64,000 nt of DNA from a bacterium (GCA_022763185.1 JALEGL010000006.1:175087-239086), one strand, 5' to 3'. Positions 30,001 to 40,784 are shown, numbered from the stretch's first letter. Program-made: numbers and translations. Notes: generated by a model from the letters alone, not told the origin.

Positions 30001-30240
30001 GTGGTTGAAGGCAGACCACATATTGTTGATAAGATTGTCAATGGTGAAGTGGACTTGGTGTTCAATACCACCATGGGCAAACAATCCGTGAAAGATTCTT
30101 ACTCTATACGGCGTTCAACTTTAGAAAAAGGCGTATCTTATTTTACGACCTTGCAAGGAGCAATGGCTGCCTCCAAGGCGATAGAAAAAATCAAACAAGG
30201 TAAAGTAGAGCCCATAGCTTTGCAAACCATGTATGCTTAA
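27028..30240 (+). CDS. carB: carbamoyl-phosphate synthase large subunit
   Basis: 1070-aa product with duplicated ATP-grasp halves and a C-terminal MGS-like domain. Confidence 0.95.
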
Positions 30241-30303
30241 AAGCCCAAGCACATAAATGCTGGAAGTATTTTATAGAGAGTAGAGGCAATATTTGTCTTT
30301 ATC

Positions 30304-32796
30304 TTGAAATTTACGTTAAAAACCTATGTTATGCCTTTGCTGTATTCAGACCTGCAAGCAATTATTAATGCCATTGAATTTTTAAAAAAGACATCTTTTA
30401 AAAGTCCAGTGGCTGTGAATAATTTTGCAGCACATGTGGTTAAGGTTTTAGAAAAATACAAAAGCACCATACCCGCAGATATTTACCAACATATACAGTC
30501 TGTTTTAGTAGCTTATGATGATAAAAGTTTGTTAGAGAAACAACAAACAGTCTTATTGATTGAATCCATTTGTACCCAAGAAAAACCAAGCCATTTGCCA
30601 TCGTTTGAAAGTAATGCAAGCAATAGTATGGAAAAACCTGAGCAGAAGGAACAATATTTCAAAGAAGAAGAGCATACACCGATTGATATTGAGCAATGGC
30701 AAAAAGATTTTAAAAAACTGAATCAATCGGTTCAGTATATCAAGGGTGTTGGACCGGCTTTAGCAAAGAAGCTTAAAAAAGTAAGCATTGAAACAGTTGA
30801 AGACTTGCTTAAGTTTTTTCCCAAAAAATATGAAGATAGACGCCACCGTACAGATATAAAAAACTTACAGGATGGTCAGATTTGTTTTGTTGTGGCAGAG
30901 GTTGTTTTTTCTGGAGTCGCTTACTACAAAGGAGCCCGAAAGCGCGTCTATGAAGTCATTGTTAAAGATGATCATGGGGAGTTGAAGTTAAAGTGGTTTC
31001 ATTTTTATGAAAAACAATTGGCCAGTCAATGCAAAGTTGGGCAAAGCTTATTGATTTATGGTCAAATAAAACAGTATGGGCAAGGTTTTGAAATGCATCA
31101 TCCTGATATAGAGGCACAAGGGACAAAATTAGATCACAGCAGCTTTGGCCAGCTTGTTCCCATATACAAAGATGTGCAGGGCGTTTATCCAAAAACCTTG
31201 AGAAAAATTATTTTATCCGCCTTAACTCAGCATATAAAAAAAATTGCCTGTGTGCTGCCAAAAGATCTTTGTAAAGGCTTGAATTTAAACCACCCAAAAA
31301 ACAGTATTGAAAAGCTGCATTACCCGCAGTTGATTTTAAGAGATTTGGAGATCTACGGCTTACAAAAAACATTTATTGTTGAAGAATTATTTTTTTATAC
31401 ATTAGCCATGTACCTACGTAAAAATATTCAAAAAAAACATTTAGGCATTGCCCATGTTTTGCCTTCAAAAGCAAAAGAAAAGCTATTACATGATTTACCT
31501 TTTGCCTTAACACAAGATCAAAAGACGGTTTTAAAACAAATCTTAGAAGACATGAAAAATCAGTCCCCGATGAATCGGCTTTTGCAGGGAGATGTGGGGA
31601 GTGGAAAAACCATTGTTGCACTTTTAGCGGCTTTGCATGCCGTTGATAATGGCAGCCAAGTGGTTTTTTTAGCGCCAACAGAAGTTTTATGTCAGCAGCA
31701 TTATCAAAGCATAATAAAGCTTGTTGAGGGCTTCAATATAAAGCTGGCACTTTTGTTGGGAAAACAAAAAAAATCAGAAAAGGTTGCACTGCTTAAACAA
31801 TTAAAACAGGGAGATATTAATATTGTTGTAGCAACGCATGCAGTTTTAGAAGATGACGTGATATTTGAAAAATTAGGTTTGGTGATTGTTGATGAGCAGC
31901 ATCGTTTTGGCGTTTATCAACGATCAAAATTAAAAAATAAAGGCGATAATCCAGATATTTTGGTCATGTCTGCAACCCCCATTCCTAGAACCTTAGCCTT
32001 AACTTTATATGGTGATTTGGATGTCAGTCAAATCAAGCAATTGCCGCAAGGAAGAAAAACCATTGTTACGCATGTATGCCCAGAAAGACGAAGGCATGAA
32101 GTTTATCAACATATAGAGTTGGCTGTGCAGCAGGGTAGACAGGCATTTATTATTTATCCTCTGGTTGAAGAGTCAGATAAAGTAGACCTTAAAGATGCAA
32201 GCAGTATGGCTGAGCAATTGCAAAACAGTGTATTTCCCAATCATAAAATTGGTTTAGTCCATGGCCGAATGAAAAGTGATGAAAAGAATGCCATCATGCA
32301 GGCTTTTGAAAAACATGAATTGGATATCTTGGTCTCGACAACGGTGATTGAGGTAGGAATAAATATTCCCAATGCCAGTATTATGGTGATTGAGCATCCA
32401 GAGCGATTTGGTTTGTCTCAGCTACATCAATTACGCGGAAGAGTTGGGCGAGGTGAACACGAAGCAAAGTGTTTTTTAATACATCCGCAAGGTATTTCAC
32501 AGCTTGCCAAAAAGCGTTTACAGGTATTTGCTTCAACCACAGATGGGTTTATTTTAGCTGAAGAAGACTTGAAAACCAGAGGTCCAGGTGATTTTTTTGG
32601 TCGGGAGCAATCGGGTTTTCCAAATTTTAAATCAGCATTATTTCCCAGAGACTTAAGTTTATTAGAAAAAGTAAGGCACTACATCGTGAATCTCCTTCAG
32701 AATGATCCAAGCTTAGAGCATCAAGACCATCAGCAACTTCAAATAATATTGCAAGAACAGTGGAATAAACGCATTGAGTTAATGCAAGTCAGTTAA
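30304..32796 (+). CDS. recG: ATP-dependent DNA helicase RecG (with about 130-aa N-terminal extension if the first ATG is used)
   Basis: IKGVGPALAKKL, Walker A GDVGSGKT, DEQHRFGV, and helicase C motifs QLRGRVGRG. Confidence 0.9.
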   Translation: MKFTLKTYVMPLLYSDLQAIINAIEFLKKTSFKSPVAVNNFAAHVVKVLEKYKSTIPADIYQHIQSVLVAYDDKSLLEKQQTVLLIESICTQEKPSHLPSFESNASNSMEKPEQKEQYFKEEEHTPIDIEQWQKDFKKLNQSVQYIKGVGPALAKKLKKVSIETVEDLLKFFPKKYEDRRHRTDIKNLQDGQICFVVAEVVFSGVAYYKGARKRVYEVIVKDDHGELKLKWFHFYEKQLASQCKVGQSLLIYGQIKQYGQGFEMHHPDIEAQGTKLDHSSFGQLVPIYKDVQGVYPKTLRKIILSALTQHIKKIACVLPKDLCKGLNLNHPKNSIEKLHYPQLILRDLEIYGLQKTFIVEELFFYTLAMYLRKNIQKKHLGIAHVLPSKAKEKLLHDLPFALTQDQKTVLKQILEDMKNQSPMNRLLQGDVGSGKTIVALLAALHAVDNGSQVVFLAPTEVLCQQHYQSIIKLVEGFNIKLALLLGKQKKSEKVALLKQLKQGDINIVVATHAVLEDDVIFEKLGLVIVDEQHRFGVYQRSKLKNKGDNPDILVMSATPIPRTLALTLYGDLDVSQIKQLPQGRKTIVTHVCPERRRHEVYQHIELAVQQGRQAFIIYPLVEESDKVDLKDASSMAEQLQNSVFPNHKIGLVHGRMKSDEKNAIMQAFEKHELDILVSTTVIEVGINIPNASIMVIEHPERFGLSQLHQLRGRVGRGEHEAKCFLIHPQGISQLAKKRLQVFASTTDGFILAEEDLKTRGPGDFFGREQSGFPNFKSALFPRDLSLLEKVRHYIVNLLQNDPSLEHQDHQQLQIILQEQWNKRIELMQVS

Positions 32797-33174
32797 TGCA
32801 TAATCGGTTGTAGTGTTTGACGGAAAGATGCTTAAAAAAGACTATTTTTTTGATTGACAGCGAAGCCTCTTGCAAAAGGAGCTTGCATAATGACGCAAAT
32901 GTGATAGCTTGCGTTTGATTCTTAGATGTTTTGATTTTTTAAGTGCTTGAAATTAAAAGAGTCGTAAGAAGGAAAGGGTTGCAAAATGCTAGGCACCATT
33001 TTGTAGGGGGAAATGAGATGGCGGAACCCAACACTCAACGACAATTTGTCGCAACTCAACCTCCAAACGACTCATCTAAGAGAATAGGTTTTTTGAAAAA
33101 AAAATGCAAGTAAATAATTTAAAAAACCTATATTTATTTTAATCATTTATACTCTTGTATCAGTATAATTTATT

Positions 33175-34968
33175 TTAACGGTACATTGTGTCAATTTGTG
33201 CTTTATAAAGCTGTCTAATCTCTTTTCGCTTTAATTTTAGCGTGGGGGTTAAGGTATTGTTTTCTTGAGAAAAAGCTTCTTCAAGCAAAGTGAAATACTT
33301 TAGTGTCTGATAAGATGCCAGAGAGGCATTGGTTTTATCAATAATCTTTTGATAGTGTTTGATCACTTGGGCATGTTGCAAACGATCATTTTGACTTAAG
33401 GGATAAAGAGCCTTGATTTGCCTACGTTTTATCCACTGATCCAAACCATGATGATCAGGGACAATAAGTACAGATAAATACTTTTTACCCTCGCCAATCA
33501 CACAGGCATTTTCAATATAAGGGTTACTTTTTAAAGTGTTTTCTATGGGGCTTGGGGCAATATTTTTACCACCAGAGCTAACAATAATATCTTTGATGCG
33601 ATCGGTAATAACAATATGCCCATCCGCATCAACTTGGGCAATATCTCCGGTTTTTAGGTAACCGTCTTCAGAAAAAGCATTGCCAGTGGCTTCATCGTCT
33701 TTAAAATAGCCCAGCATTATACTCGGACCTTTGACCATCAGTTCATGGCTGTCAGGATCAATTTTATAACTTATATCGGGTAAGGGCGGACCGACGGTAT
33801 CTGTTTTGGGATTATCAGGCCGATTTGTACTTATAACAGGAGACGCTTCTGTTAGTCCATAACCCTGAAGGATGGTTAATTCAATCCCATTAAAAAACTT
33901 GGCCAAATCAGGATTAAGCGCAGCTCCACCAGAGACAATGAAGCGTAGGTTTTTCCCGAACTTATGTGTTATTTTTTTGAAAAATGTCTTTTTAAAGATC
34001 GTCATCAGAAATTTTTGTTTAAGGTTTAGTGCATTTCGTGATTGACGTGTACTGTTAAGCTCAATATAACGTAGAATGAGCTTACCGATTCTTAGTGGCA
34101 TGGGATGGAGTTTGTTTAAAATGGCTGTATGCACTTTTTCTAAAACTCTTGGTACAGTAAACATGAGGCTGGGATTGATCTGACCTAAATAAATAGAAAC
34201 TTTATTGATATCATCAGCAAAAGCAATTTTACAGGCGGTCATCATGCAGGTGTAGGTTGCAGCAGTGCGTTCAAATGCATGGCACAAGGGTAAAAATGCA
34301 AGGTGACAATCTTCTGGGCCAATATTGTCAACAACCCTAGAGCAATCCCAGGCATTACAGAAAATATTTTTGTGACTTAGCATAACACCTTTGGGTTGAC
34401 CTGTGGTTCCTGAAGTATAAATAATACTGGATAAGCTTTTTGGATCAATCGTATTAATATGGCTTAAGACGATATCAATATTGTTATTGTTGAGATTACT
34501 CTTGTCCAAGTTATCGATTGGAGATTGAAAGACCTTCTTGGGTGAAATCGACAAAACATGTTTTAAATGGGTGTAAGGGGTCAAATGTTTAAATGCTGGG
34601 TGCTGAATTACAGACTCTCCCAAAAGAGCGACTTTAACTTGTGCGTGGTTTAAAATAAACTCTGTTTGTTGCTTAGAGCCACTAGGGTATAAAGGTACGG
34701 TAACACCTCCAATGCTCTGAACAGCCAAGTCTGCCATAATCCATGCTGAGCTGTTTTCTCCCATGATGGCCACAGCATCCCCTTTTTCTACTCCCAATCT
34801 TTGCAAGTGCATGGCATAAGAAGCAATGATTTGTGCTGCTTCTTGCCAGGTAATCCAAGACCAGGAACCATCGATAGGATCAGCAAATACAGGCTTATGC
34901 GCATGTTGATGAACATGTCTAAAAAAAATAGAGGGGATAGATTGTTGCTGGTCTAAAGGTTTGCTCAC
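33175..34968 (-). CDS. long-chain fatty acid--CoA ligase (AMP-binding enzyme, FadD-like)
   Basis: YTSGTTGQPKGV AMP-binding motif, and GYGLTE. Confidence 0.85.
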   Translation of the reverse strand: MSKPLDQQQSIPSIFFRHVHQHAHKPVFADPIDGSWSWITWQEAAQIIASYAMHLQRLGVEKGDAVAIMGENSSAWIMADLAVQSIGGVTVPLYPSGSKQQTEFILNHAQVKVALLGESVIQHPAFKHLTPYTHLKHVLSISPKKVFQSPIDNLDKSNLNNNNIDIVLSHINTIDPKSLSSIIYTSGTTGQPKGVMLSHKNIFCNAWDCSRVVDNIGPEDCHLAFLPLCHAFERTAATYTCMMTACKIAFADDINKVSIYLGQINPSLMFTVPRVLEKVHTAILNKLHPMPLRIGKLILRYIELNSTRQSRNALNLKQKFLMTIFKKTFFKKITHKFGKNLRFIVSGGAALNPDLAKFFNGIELTILQGYGLTEASPVISTNRPDNPKTDTVGPPLPDISYKIDPDSHELMVKGPSIMLGYFKDDEATGNAFSEDGYLKTGDIAQVDADGHIVITDRIKDIIVSSGGKNIAPSPIENTLKSNPYIENACVIGEGKKYLSVLIVPDHHGLDQWIKRRQIKALYPLSQNDRLQHAQVIKHYQKIIDKTNASLASYQTLKYFTLLEEAFSQENNTLTPTLKLKRKEIRQLYKAQIDTMYR

Positions 34969-35137
34969 AAACTCCTATTATGACGGAGAGTCTATAAAAT
35001 ATCAATAAATAGATAGAGTTAGAAAAGGTACTGCCTTGCCTTTTACTGTGATTTAAGTTTTATAGATCAACTTCTTTCCAGGTAGGCGGTGCTAAAGGGA
35101 AATGGTAATTGGTTTCAAATAAAACAATACTTTTTCT

Positions 35138-36079
35138 TTATGCGCTCATAACGTTGTAGACTATTTTGGCGGCGAGTTTGGCCGTTCTGTTATATGTATC
35201 GTATTTGGGGGCGAGTTCATAAATGCCCATGCTTTGTAAAGAGTTTAGAGCTAGGTTGTAAGGAGCGAAGTCTAACAAAATCTGTGGGCTTAGGCCAAAG
35301 CTTGCTTGAGCGCTAACCCCAGGGGCATGGCATGCTGCAAAAGCATCCAAATCAATGTTGAAATGCCAAGGCACGGTGTTCATGGCTGTGATCAATTGAG
35401 AAAATTTTTTTAGTTGCTGAGTATCGGTGGGCATGTATTCAAGCCAGTGAGCATCAACGTTTTGATCTTGCATCCACTCAACCAGCTGGGCATTGTTAGA
35501 TGCTTTTTGTAAACCAAAGGGGTGGTAGTGTTTGCCCAAAATACCACATTCAGTGATCAGTCTATAAAAAGGGGTACCGCTGGATATAATATTGTTTTTT
35601 TCATAGGGCCTGACATCACTGTGAGCATCCAAATTAACAATATGATGATCTTGAGCATCTTTTTTGGTGGTAAGGCAACCGGCTATTTCTGCATAGGCGA
35701 TGTCATGGCCACCACCAATGACCAAAACTTTACTTTGAGTAAACGTTGTTTTGATCTGGGCAATGATGTGTTTGAGTTGTTCATGGCTGGACGCAAGGTC
35801 TCGGGCGAGTTTTATGTCGCCTAAGTCACAGATACTGTTTGGAGTAGGTGCATTTGAACCCAAAGACAGATTATAAAAAGCCTCTCTAAACGCCTTGGGA
35901 CCTTCTTTTGCTCCCTCACGACCGTAGTTATTTTTTACCCCTCGGTCATCTGGAACCCCAATCATAAACCACAATGCTTGGTTAAAGTCTTTTGTTAAGC
36001 AATGAGAGCCAACAGTGGCTCTTGCCTTTGCGGTATAATTTTCTGGTGAATAAAAGTGGTGTTCAAGTTTCTTGTTCAT
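35138..36079 (-). CDS. hutG: formimidoylglutamase (arginase family)
   Basis: Arginase-fold motifs GGGHDIA, LDAHSD and DLDA, in a hut gene context. Start chosen at MNKKLEHH, directly after the hutI stop. A longer form to 36109 is possible. Confidence 0.7.
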   Translation of the reverse strand: MNKKLEHHFYSPENYTAKARATVGSHCLTKDFNQALWFMIGVPDDRGVKNNYGREGAKEGPKAFREAFYNLSLGSNAPTPNSICDLGDIKLARDLASSHEQLKHIIAQIKTTFTQSKVLVIGGGHDIAYAEIAGCLTTKKDAQDHHIVNLDAHSDVRPYEKNNIISSGTPFYRLITECGILGKHYHPFGLQKASNNAQLVEWMQDQNVDAHWLEYMPTDTQQLKKFSQLITAMNTVPWHFNIDLDAFAACHAPGVSAQASFGLSPQILLDFAPYNLALNSLQSMGIYELAPKYDTYNRTAKLAAKIVYNVMSA

Positions 36080-36081
36080 TG

Positions 36082-37269
36082 CTAAAAAGACATGAAGGAT
36101 TGTTGCCATAAATTTTCACCATATCTATAGGCAAGTTCGGATAAGGTTTTGGCTTGAAAAAGATTGAGTTTACAGTTCTGTCCTTGCGTCAATGACCAAT
36201 CAGCAAGGTCTTCATTTAAAGCTTTTAGCGGCGCAATGCAGCTTGCATACAATAACTCTTGTTCTGTCATCCCCATTTTTTTCATGCCCAAATGCAGTAA
36301 AAAAGGCCAAGACATGCTGGGCTGTGAGCCAGGGTTGTAATCTGAGCTGATGGCTGGTTTGACACCGGTCGGACGAATGTCTTGCATGTGGACAAAACCT
36401 TCATTGATGTAAAAACTGGTGGCCGGCAAATAAACCACTTGCACGCCTGCGGCGTGTAGTGCTTTGAGTTGCTTAAGGGTGGTGTGGCGACAATGATCAA
36501 CGCTGACAATTTTATGTTTGGCAGCAATGTCGGCAGCGCCTAGGTTTTTGATCTCATCAATATGAGCTTTAACGTTTAAGTTTAAGCTGCGACAGTGTTG
36601 AATAATATCTTGTAAGTCTTGCGCTGAAAAAAAACCGTCATCAATAAAGATATCAACAAAGTCTGCTAACTTTTCTTTGGCAATTAAAGGTAAAGATTGG
36701 CTGTAAATTGCATTAAGATAATCTTGTTTTGGGATGCCTTTGGGGATAGCGTGCGCACCCATATATGTGATCCAAAGCTTTATTGGAGAATCCTTTTGTA
36801 CTTGTTTGAGTAAGCGCAATTGACGGATTTCCTGTTCATGGCTAAGGCCATAACCGGTTTTGATTTCTAAACCACAAACACCTTGCACCTGAAATTTTTG
36901 GATGCGTTGTTTAAGTAAGGATAGGAGTTCATCATCGCTGGCTTGTTTGGTTGCTGCGTGCGTGGAAAGAATACCGCCACCTGCCTTGGCAATATCTAGA
37001 TAAGATTTTCCTTGGCATTTCATCTCAAATTCATGGGCACGGTTACCGGCAAAAATACTATGCGTATGACAATCAATCAATGCCGGGAGTCCAAGTAAAT
37101 TTTGACCATCAATGCTTTTAACAGCTTCATTGATTTGAATGGGCTTGTCAGAAACGTGTTCAAGTTTACCATCTGCATCAATGACAACATGGCAGTCTTG
37201 CATTTGCACAATCTGACCCTTGGCATCAAAATGTTGCAACTTACGTAAATGAGAGATTAAAGTTTTCAT
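36082..37269 (-). CDS. hutI: imidazolonepropionase
   Basis: DCHTHSIFAG and the amidohydrolase fold, in hut context. Confidence 0.9.
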   Translation of the reverse strand: MKTLISHLRKLQHFDAKGQIVQMQDCHVVIDADGKLEHVSDKPIQINEAVKSIDGQNLLGLPALIDCHTHSIFAGNRAHEFEMKCQGKSYLDIAKAGGGILSTHAATKQASDDELLSLLKQRIQKFQVQGVCGLEIKTGYGLSHEQEIRQLRLLKQVQKDSPIKLWITYMGAHAIPKGIPKQDYLNAIYSQSLPLIAKEKLADFVDIFIDDGFFSAQDLQDIIQHCRSLNLNVKAHIDEIKNLGAADIAAKHKIVSVDHCRHTTLKQLKALHAAGVQVVYLPATSFYINEGFVHMQDIRPTGVKPAISSDYNPGSQPSMSWPFLLHLGMKKMGMTEQELLYASCIAPLKALNEDLADWSLTQGQNCKLNLFQAKTLSELAYRYGENLWQQSFMSF

Positions 37270-37271
37270 GT

Positions 37272-38957
37272 TTATTTTTTGTTGGCCATGGGGATGTGAA
37301 TATTATGCGCTTGAGCAAAGTCAAGCGCTTGTTCATAGCCTGCATCACAATGGCGTAAAACCCCCATTTGTGGGTCATTGTTTAGAACTCTGCTTAAACG
37401 TTGTTTGCATGCTTCGCTGCCATCAACCAAAACCACTAAACCTGCATGTTGTGAGTAGCCCATACCCACACCGCCGCCATGATGGAAGCTGACCCAAGTT
37501 GCACCGCTGGCAGTAGCGGACATCAAGTTAAGTAAAGGCCAGTCTGATACAGCATCAGAGCCGTCTTTCATGCCTTCTGTTTCTCTATTTGGACTAGCCA
37601 CAGAGCCACAATCTAAATGATCTCTGCCAATCACAATGGGTGCTTTAAGCGTAGCATTGGCCACCAATTCATTAAATTTTAAAGCCGCTTTTTGTCTTTG
37701 CCCATACTTGAGCCAGCAGATACGACTGGGCAGGCCCTGAAAAGGAATATGCTCTTTGGCGGCCAGGAGCCAGTTTTTAAGTTTTTCTTCTTCTGGAAAC
37801 AGTTCTAGTAAAGCTTGATCGCAGTGTTCAATGTCTTGTGGATCACCGCTTAAAGCTGCAAACCTGAAAGGTCCAGAGCCTTCACAGAACAGGGGTCTAA
37901 TGTATTTGGGTACAAAGCCCTCAAAACGAAAGGCATCTTGCATGCCGTGTTCTTTTGCAAAGCCACGCAGGTTGTTGCCGTAATCAAAGGTATGGGCGCC
38001 GCGGTCCATTAATTCATTCATTAAGCTGACGTGTTTGATCATGGTATCTAAGCTTTTTTGCGTATAGCTTTGTGGGTCACTCTGTCTTAAGTCCAAAGCG
38101 GCTTGCATATTCATGCCTTCAGGCACATAGCCATTTAAAGGGTCATGGGCTGAGGTCTGATCAGTGAGCAAGTCAGGCGTAATATTTCTATCCAACAAAG
38201 CTTGCAAGAGTTCAACGGCATTGCAATGCACACCAATAGAGGTATTACGTTTTTGTTGGGTATGCTCTAAGGCCAAATCAATGGCTTCATCAATGGAGCC
38301 AGCCATAATATCCAAGTATTTATCGTCTAAACGTCTTTGAATTCGAGCCTTATCAATATCAGCACTTAAGGAGCAAGCTTTGGCTATTTTTGCCGCCAAG
38401 GGCTGGGCACCGCCCATACCTCCAAGGCCAGAAGTGACCACAAGTTTACCCGCCAAGTTATCTTGTTGATAATGTTTTTGAGCTGCTGCAGCAAAGGTTT
38501 CATAGGTGCCTTGAATAATGCCTTGACTGCCAATGTAAATCCATGAGCCCGCGGTCATTTGTCCGTACATCATCAGACCTTTTTGATCCAGTTCATGAAA
38601 ATGTTCCCAATTGGCCCATTTGGGCACCAGGTTGGAATTGGCAATCATGACTCTGGGTGCATCTGCATGGGTTTGAATGACGCCCACCGGTTTACCGGAT
38701 TGCACTAAAAGGGTTTGATTGTCTTCAAGTTGGCACAATTCATATAAAATAGCTTCTAAACAGTCACGGTTGCGAGCAGCCTTGCCGGTGCCGCCATAGA
38801 CAACCAGTTGTTCTGGGGCTTCGGCCACTCTATGGTCTAAGTTGTTGAGCAACATGCGCAACACTGCTTCCTGTTGCCAACCTTTGGTATGCAATGCTGA
38901 TCCAGTAGGGGCTTCTATGTGGGCCAAGTCTAAATTTTTAATAAAGTCGGTATTCAT
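37272..38957 (-). CDS. hutU: urocanate hydratase
   Basis: 561-aa product with family-typical length and conserved blocks throughout. Confidence 0.95.
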   Translation of the reverse strand: MNTDFIKNLDLAHIEAPTGSALHTKGWQQEAVLRMLLNNLDHRVAEAPEQLVVYGGTGKAARNRDCLEAILYELCQLEDNQTLLVQSGKPVGVIQTHADAPRVMIANSNLVPKWANWEHFHELDQKGLMMYGQMTAGSWIYIGSQGIIQGTYETFAAAAQKHYQQDNLAGKLVVTSGLGGMGGAQPLAAKIAKACSLSADIDKARIQRRLDDKYLDIMAGSIDEAIDLALEHTQQKRNTSIGVHCNAVELLQALLDRNITPDLLTDQTSAHDPLNGYVPEGMNMQAALDLRQSDPQSYTQKSLDTMIKHVSLMNELMDRGAHTFDYGNNLRGFAKEHGMQDAFRFEGFVPKYIRPLFCEGSGPFRFAALSGDPQDIEHCDQALLELFPEEEKLKNWLLAAKEHIPFQGLPSRICWLKYGQRQKAALKFNELVANATLKAPIVIGRDHLDCGSVASPNRETEGMKDGSDAVSDWPLLNLMSATASGATWVSFHHGGGVGMGYSQHAGLVVLVDGSEACKQRLSRVLNNDPQMGVLRHCDAGYEQALDFAQAHNIHIPMANKK

Positions 38958-39013
38958 ATAGATTAAAGATATACATGATTCCTAAAGAATCACAAATATG
39001 TTAGGGGTAGACC
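38958..39013. promoter_or_regulatory. compact divergent hutU / hutH control region
   Basis: Only 56 bp separate the divergent hutU-hutI-hutG and hutH start codons. Confidence 0.3.
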
Positions 39014-40528
39014 ATGCACAATGAATTTGAGTTGGATGGATACAATCTGCATTTAGAGAATATTGCTGTTTTTGCTCAACAGAGTGCTGGTGAATGCACT
39101 CAGTTTAGTTTTTCTCAAGAGGCTAAAGTTAGAGTTAAAAAAGCACGGGACTATGTTTTAGATTGTGTTGAAAAAGGAGCCCCAGTGTACGGGATCAATA
39201 CCGGTTTTGGGTCTTTATCTTCAGTCAATATTGCAGCCAAGGATACGGCGGAGTTACAAGTCAATTTGATTCGTTCGCATTGTACAGGGGTGGGTAAGCC
39301 TTTATCTAGAAAAATTGTTCGAGCTATGATGCTCATTCAAACACAAAGTCTTCTTAAGGGTCACTCTGGTGTGCAAGAAAATATCATTCAAAGGCTCATT
39401 GACTTTTTAAACCATGACATTATACCCGTGGTTCCAGAGAAAGGCTCCGTTGGTGCTTCTGGGGATTTAGCACCTTTGGCGCATGTTGCCTACTGTTTAA
39501 TGGGTGAAGGGAAGGTTGTTTATCAAGGCACGATCATGCAAGCCAGCCAGGCTATGCAACAACTTGGTTTAAAACCTGTTGTTTTAGGCCCTAAAGACGG
39601 CATTGGCTTGATCAATGGGACGCATTTGATGGCTGCGCAAGCCGTTATAGCCGTAAACCATGCAGAGTATCTGATGGATACGGCCGACTTTATTTTGGCC
39701 ATGAGTTTGGATGCTTTGCAAGGCTCCATCAGAGCTTTTGATGAAGACTTGCATGCTCTTAAAGCCCATCCTGGGCAAGTAGAAACAGCGCAACGAGTCA
39801 GGCAGTATCTTAAAGGTTCAGATATTTTAAAAAACCATGAAAATTGTACACGCGTGCAAGATCCATATTCTTTGCGGTGTGCTGCACAAGTGTATGGAGC
39901 CTGCAAACAAACCTTACGCCATGCCAAGGATGTTTTGAACACTGAGTTGCAAGCAGTTACCGATAACCCTATTATTTTTGCAGACAAAGGTGAGAGTATT
40001 TCTGGAGGCCATTTTCATGGCCAGGCTTTGGCCTTTATCATGGATTACTTGGCGATGGGCTTGGCAGAAGTCTGTAATATCGCAGAACGCCGGGTGACCA
40101 AGTTACTCAACCCCACGTTTTCACAGTTGCCGGCATTTTTGGCTAAGGGTTCAGGTTTGCACAATGGTTTGATGATTGCCCAATACACCATGGCATCATT
40201 GGTGGCAGAAAACAGAATTTTTTGTCATCCTGCCTCAGTGGACTCTGTTTCAACCAGCAATGATAAAGAGGATCATGTGTCCATGGGGCCCAATGCCGGC
40301 AGAAAGCTGATACAAGTCATAGATAATACTTATCATTGTTTGGCCATTGAAGCCCTGTGTTCAGCAGAAGCCATTGAATTGCTTAGGCCTTTAAAAAGCT
40401 CTCATAGCATAGAAACAGCCGTAACCGTTATTAGAGAAAAATGTCCCCAAGCCAATGAAGACCGATACTTAAGCCAAGATATTGAGGTTGTTGAGGATTT
40501 GATTCGACAAAAAAATCTGTACGTATGA
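39014..40528 (+). CDS. hutH: histidine ammonia-lyase
   Basis: GSVGASGDLAPLAH contains the Ala-Ser-Gly that forms the MIO cofactor. Confidence 0.95.
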   Translation: MHNEFELDGYNLHLENIAVFAQQSAGECTQFSFSQEAKVRVKKARDYVLDCVEKGAPVYGINTGFGSLSSVNIAAKDTAELQVNLIRSHCTGVGKPLSRKIVRAMMLIQTQSLLKGHSGVQENIIQRLIDFLNHDIIPVVPEKGSVGASGDLAPLAHVAYCLMGEGKVVYQGTIMQASQAMQQLGLKPVVLGPKDGIGLINGTHLMAAQAVIAVNHAEYLMDTADFILAMSLDALQGSIRAFDEDLHALKAHPGQVETAQRVRQYLKGSDILKNHENCTRVQDPYSLRCAAQVYGACKQTLRHAKDVLNTELQAVTDNPIIFADKGESISGGHFHGQALAFIMDYLAMGLAEVCNIAERRVTKLLNPTFSQLPAFLAKGSGLHNGLMIAQYTMASLVAENRIFCHPASVDSVSTSNDKEDHVSMGPNAGRKLIQVIDNTYHCLAIEALCSAEAIELLRPLKSSHSIETAVTVIREKCPQANEDRYLSQDIEVVEDLIRQKNLYV

Positions 40529-40784
40529 GAGGCATGCATGCCCAAAAAAAGTGAGAAATGTTTATCTGTTCATGGATTTGAAATAACACAAAGCTTGCTT
40601 GCAAGCTTTGTGCGTATATGTTAAGTGGCAGCACTTACTTAACCATTTTATGATCTCAAATAAAGTGCGGAAGTATTCGCAAAAAATTATTGAGATAAAA
40701 AAGTTTGATGGGAAAGCTTAATGTTATGCTTTTTCCCTGGGTGGTATGACCGCAAGCGGCATAAGTAATTACAGTTAGGAGATA

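Noticed and set aside
39523-39987. 154-aa antisense ORF inside hutH (plus 39584-39793 and 39151-39336)
   Set aside because: It sits opposite the highly conserved hutH coding sequence. The Cys/Ala-rich translation is typical of antisense reading of a real gene. The same reasoning applies to other short antisense ORFs in the track (for example 2213-2410, 3424-3621, 6015-6209, 12174-12437, 27219-27728, 41298-41623, 43192-43918).
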